Source: a virus (taxonomy: Duplodnaviria > Heunggongvirae > Uroviricota > Caudoviricetes). Taken from it: a stretch of 39,816 nt of DNA. Of this stretch, positions 36,649-39,816 are shown piece by piece. The notes beneath the pieces were generated by a model that saw only the letters and a list, made by a program, of their open reading frames with translations, searched no databases and was not told the DNA's origin. The position numbers and the translations under genes are program-made. The DNA lies in IMG/VR virus record IMGVR_UViG_2541047807_000001, positions 1 through 39,816 of that record. One strand, 5' to 3'. The stretch's first letter is position 1; every line of letters starts with the position of its first letter.

Positions 36649-37251
36649 TCACTCTCCTTTGATGCGAATGCCAGCGGCGCGGATAGATTTCCATTGTTCC
36701 CACATTCGGTTGAAGTCTGTGCCTGATAAGGTTGCGTTACGGTATCCAGTTTCGGTACGCAATCCTTCAAGCGTCGATTTGGAGATACAAATTGAATGCA
36801 TTACCCATGATTCAAACAAATCACGCTCCCGAGCTTCGCAACTTTGCTTACTCATATATTCGATACGATCAGCCATCGCAGCGCACTCTTCAAAGTTGCT
36901 AAATGCCTTTCGCTCCCATTCAGCGCATTGTTTTCTAAGCTCTGCAATCAGCTTGTCTTTGCCTTCCAGCTCAACTCGTAGCTTCCCAACCGTTAGCGCA
37001 ATATCCTCGTTCTCCTGGTCGCGGCGTTTGATGTATTGCTGGTTTCTTTCCCGTTCATCCAGTAGTGCCAGCACGGTTTCTGGTCCGGTCAGAAATTTGA
37101 AGGCGTTGAGCGCATCAATATCCACACCGTAATCTTTAAGTTCCTGTTCACTTAACAAATCATCATCAGCTGGCAACATTAACAGGAGTTCCATTGCTGG
37201 AATTGCACGTTCCGCCGCCTCACGCAGTGCCTGGTAATTAATTTCGCTCAC
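36649..37251 (-). CDS. Hypothetical early protein
   Basis: GTG start at 37251 with strong SD GGAGG 7 nt upstream, overlapping the stop of the previous gene. Confidence 0.45.
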   Translation of the reverse strand: MSEINYQALREAAERAIPAMELLLMLPADDDLLSEQELKDYGVDIDALNAFKFLTGPETVLALLDERERNQQYIKRRDQENEDIALTVGKLRVELEGKDKLIAELRKQCAEWERKAFSNFEECAAMADRIEYMSKQSCEARERDLFESWVMHSICISKSTLEGLRTETGYRNATLSGTDFNRMWEQWKSIRAAGIRIKGE

Positions 37252-37552
37252 TGGTTGCCTCCTTTGCTGGGCTTTCGAACTTCTGAGTGGTTGTATCAAA
37301 CTCAAACAACTTAACCACGTCATCAAACAGGACATAATCGCCATCAGAATCTTCAGTCATGTCAGCGCCACAATCCTGACCGCACGAGTCACAACCACCC
37401 ATATCAAGCTCGTATCGCTTCAGGTTTGCGATATTTGATAAATTCAGCGCCAGTACAGCCAGGTCATAAACCTCTTCGGCAGTGACATCGCTGTTCAGTC
37501 CCATTTCATGGCGATATATGATTTTTTCTACTTGTTGTTTTGTGATTGTCAT
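37238..37552 (-). CDS. Hypothetical early protein
   Basis: 104-aa ORF, acidic, coupled within the early-right operon. Confidence 0.45.
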   Translation of the reverse strand: MTITKQQVEKIIYRHEMGLNSDVTAEEVYDLAVLALNLSNIANLKRYELDMGGCDSCGQDCGADMTEDSDGDYVLFDDVVKLFEFDTTTQKFESPAKEATSERN

Positions 37553-38061
37553 TTTTGCTCACCTCCCTGTTCTTCCAGAAAAATACGCATAGCCTCAAGC
37601 ATCTCTTCGGTGTCATATGGTGACAACTTGTCACGCAGGATGTGTTCAATGCTGTTAATGAACTTGCGGATTGCTTTGCGTTCAATTTCAGCCAGGAAAG
37701 CATCTGTAGCCAGGGTTTGCGGCATACCTCCGTCTGTTGCGCAGATATACGCATCAGATATTTCATCCTGCTCGCCATTAAACACATAGCAACTCTGTAC
37801 GATAAATTTATTCAGCTCCGCATTCTCCGCCGCCAGCGCCGAAAACTTCTCGTGTGCCAACTTAACAGCCGCATCAGCCTGCTTAATTGACTCAATCGCT
37901 CTCTGGTGGTCTTCGGCCAGCTCATTAGCACGCACCAACTGAACTTCCAGTTGCGCTGCCAAACAGCGAACAAGCACGGATGGTGCGCCTGTCATGTCGT
38001 CAGCTAACGCATGCCCTGATGCCACTAAATCTTTGATCATACCTTCAGCCATACTTTCCAT
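37549..38061 (-). CDS. Hypothetical early protein
   Basis: 170-aa ORF coupled to the downstream gene. Confidence 0.5.
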   Translation of the reverse strand: MESMAEGMIKDLVASGHALADDMTGAPSVLVRCLAAQLEVQLVRANELAEDHQRAIESIKQADAAVKLAHEKFSALAAENAELNKFIVQSCYVFNGEQDEISDAYICATDGGMPQTLATDAFLAEIERKAIRKFINSIEHILRDKLSPYDTEEMLEAMRIFLEEQGGEQK

Positions 38062-38122
38062 CTTTACCCTCGCTTATCCACATAACTTATTGATTACATT
38101 GATAACTAAAAAGATCGTCGAT

Positions 38123-38467
38123 TCAGAACTCTTCGATTTTCCAGCCACCACCTGCTTTCTTTGGCTTAACAGTTACCCCGATGATTCGGAACGGATATTG
38201 ATCTGCGGCGACTTTGGTTTTCACCCTGGCGTCGTCGGTCCAGAAACCTTTCACTTCGTGCAGTTCCATCTCTCCGGTGGCGAGCATCACAGCGAAATCT
38301 GGCGTATAGAACGTGTTATCAGCTAACCGCAGCTTGATACCCTCGAATCGATACCAGGCGATTTCCCCTGCACGTTTACGCAGCTCAAGGTGCTGGCAAT
38401 ACGCAGATTCTGTTTTGTTCATCTGGCCTGTTTTGAGTCGACCAAGAGCCTGTATCTGTTTTCTCAT
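38123..38467 (-). CDS. Small PD-(D/E)XK-like protein (DUF1064-like)
   Basis: YTPDFAVMLATGEMELHEVKG fits PD-x(n)-E-x-K; 114 aa. Confidence 0.4.
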   Translation of the reverse strand: MRKQIQALGRLKTGQMNKTESAYCQHLELRKRAGEIAWYRFEGIKLRLADNTFYTPDFAVMLATGEMELHEVKGFWTDDARVKTKVAADQYPFRIIGVTVKPKKAGGGWKIEEF

Positions 38468-38470
38468 GAT

Positions 38471-38537
38471 TTACCCCTGAGGTAATTAAAAACCACATAA
38501 GACACGAAATCAATAGAGTTTAGAATATTTTATTACC
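38471..38537. promoter_or_regulatory. Operator pair between the P-like gene and the next early gene
   Basis: TTACCcctgaGGTAA (38471-38485) and TTACCcagcaGGTAA (38523-38537). Confidence 0.45.
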
Positions 38538-38584
38538 CAGCAGGTAATTATCAAGACGTAAAAAAATGCGCTATCGCGCTGGTA

Positions 38585-39385
38585 TTACTTGATAAATCCT
38601 GCCGCCTTTCCCCGCCTGTATTCCTCCATCAGCCACTGCGCCGGTGTTATTCCCCCCAAGGTAGCGGCGTTAGGCATACACCCGAAACTTCGCCCTGGTG
38701 GATGGTAAACGTCTCTCCCTGTGTCCGGAGGCGTACTCATGGGTTCTGGCTTTGCCTGTATGCTGATCACCGGATCGGGTATCTGCTGTCCGGAAGCCAC
38801 CTTTTTCGCCCAATCATCAAGCAGCCTGCGCGCATGTTTCTCAACCTCAATCTCGCTAAGCTGGCGCTGATACATTGCACGGCGGGTATCACATACGACC
38901 CAGTACATAACCGGATGCCGCCACGGGAATCTTTCGGGACCACCAGGATATAAACTTTTTTCCTTGCTGTACCGGTGAAACTCCGCCATCACATCGTCAA
39001 TGGTGACGCCAAGAACCATCTTGCTGTCTTTACACCACTTGATAAATTGCCCTGGCGACGGCCAGAACGGAGATTCACTGGCGCGGGCGTGGCGCATACC
39101 AGCAGAAACCTGTTCACGGGTTCGGATCCCCCCTTCGGCAAACGCAGCAATCCACTGCTGTTTTGCAGCAACTTCCTGCTCTGGCGTCTTCAGGTTGGTT
39201 ACCACTGCCGCCGGAAACAGTTGTTTCAGCTGTTTGAAAAGGACATCAACAAGCCTCTCTGCTGACATGTTCACCACATTGTCATTGTTGACGTACTGAT
39301 GCTCATAACCTGACATGCGAGAAAGGGCTTCTCCGTCACGGTTTTGTATCGCGGTAAAAACGTTGTTCACAAGAAATCCTCCCAC
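38585..39385 (-). CDS. Replication protein P-like helicase loader
   Basis: QQWIAAFAEGGIRTREQVSAGMRHARASESPFWPSPGQFIKWCKDSK parallels lambda P (RRQWVLAFRENGITTMEQVNAGMRVARRQNRPFLPSPGQFVAWCRE) as I recall it. Overlaps the O-like stop; start codon uncertain. Confidence 0.7.
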   Translation of the reverse strand: MGGFLVNNVFTAIQNRDGEALSRMSGYEHQYVNNDNVVNMSAERLVDVLFKQLKQLFPAAVVTNLKTPEQEVAAKQQWIAAFAEGGIRTREQVSAGMRHARASESPFWPSPGQFIKWCKDSKMVLGVTIDDVMAEFHRYSKEKSLYPGGPERFPWRHPVMYWVVCDTRRAMYQRQLSEIEVEKHARRLLDDWAKKVASGQQIPDPVISIQAKPEPMSTPPDTGRDVYHPPGRSFGCMPNAATLGGITPAQWLMEEYRRGKAAGFIK

Positions 39386-39816
39386 GCTTCAGGGCTGTTC
39401 CAGTGCGGAACGTTGTTATCAGGTAATGTTGATTGCTTCTGTCTGCTAATCTGCAGCCGCCTTGCCAGCTTCTGCTCCCACTGTGCCTGATGGTATGCCT
39501 TACCCTCAGCCATCCAGTAAATTCTGAACTCTGCAAGTTCCTGTGCCGTTGGCAGACTGTCCAGGTAGATCCCCTGCAATGAGCTTTTCCGAAGAAAGTC
39601 ATCTGATGGCTGCCATTGTTCATGCATGACAAATTTGCCTAATTGCCCTGGCCCACCAGGAGGAACAAAGTTATTCATCACGGCGTTGTTTGCGCCGGGG
39701 TCATGAGGCACAGAATCCCCGGTTTTTGTCCTGCTCTCCCTCTCTTGGTTAAATGACTGGTTATATGACTGGTTCTGGATCCCGTTTTTGGGATCATTCA
39801 ACATCCCGTTTTTGGG
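39367..39816 (-). CDS. Replication initiator O-like, C-terminal part (N-terminal part is 1..461 across the circular junction)
   Basis: In-frame continuation of the iteron-encoded repeats (MLNDPKNG...); C-terminal domain directly upstream of the P-like gene, as in lambdoid O-P pairs. Confidence 0.75.
   Translation of the reverse strand, partial: PKNGMLNDPKNGIQNQSYNQSFNQERESRTKTGDSVPHDPGANNAVMNNFVPPGGPGQLGKFVMHEQWQPSDDFLRKSSLQGIYLDSLPTAQELAEFRIYWMAEGKAYHQAQWEQKLARRLQISRQKQSTLPDNNVPHWNSPEAWEDFL
39722..39816. repeat. Terminal overlap, identical to nt 1-95
   Basis: Exact identity of the last 95 nt with the first 95 nt. Confidence 0.9.

Larger units (their letters stand above)
1..39816. mobile_element. 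Complete temperate phage genome, circularly permuted with a 95-nt terminal overlap
   Basis: Integrase, repressor/Cro, replication, lysis, terminase, portal, capsid and tailspike genes are all present. Nt 1-95 are identical to 39722-39816, and the O-like gene reads continuously across the junction. Confidence 0.85.

Noticed and set aside
39722-39816. Terminal direct repeat as a true virion DTR or att site
   Set aside because: The repeat falls in the middle of the O-like coding sequence and restores its reading frame, so it is most simply a circularisation overlap.

Overview
This window is a complete, circularly closed temperate phage genome of about 39.7 kb. The last 95 nt (39722-39816) repeat nt 1-95, and a lambda-O-like replication gene is split across the window ends. 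Layout: (1) a lambdoid immunity and replication region, with Cro-like and tandem-HTH CI-like repressor genes diverging from a three-site operator cluster, an O-like initiator carrying origin iterons inside its coding sequence, and a P-like helicase loader; (2) a plus-strand early operon with a PD-(D/E)XK exonuclease plus RecT pair, an AlpA-like excisionase and a phage Dam-like adenine methyltransferase; (3) a tyrosine integrase; (4) a lysis cassette with two holin-like membrane proteins, a GH19-type endolysin and Rz with embedded Rz1; (5) a minus-strand late operon with small and large terminase, podovirus-type portal, scaffold, major capsid, T7-like tail and internal virion proteins, ending in an AT-rich beta-helix tailspike. 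No tail tube or tape-measure genes are evident, so the virion is probably podovirus-like. Accessory content sits in two places: a tRNA-Arg(TCT) plus a plus-strand moron between terminase and portal, and a ~3.4 kb island between tailspike and internal virion genes carrying a LexA-box-controlled antirepressor pair, a YafO-like toxin candidate, a small secreted peptide and two AT-rich genes. The strongest non-coding signals are a TTACC-N5-GGTAA operator motif at about 12 dispersed sites and a perfect 12-bp palindrome GTGACATGTCAC present three times at module junctions. All protein calls rest on motif recognition by eye; no database search was run, and coordinates of small motifs may be off by 1-2 nt.
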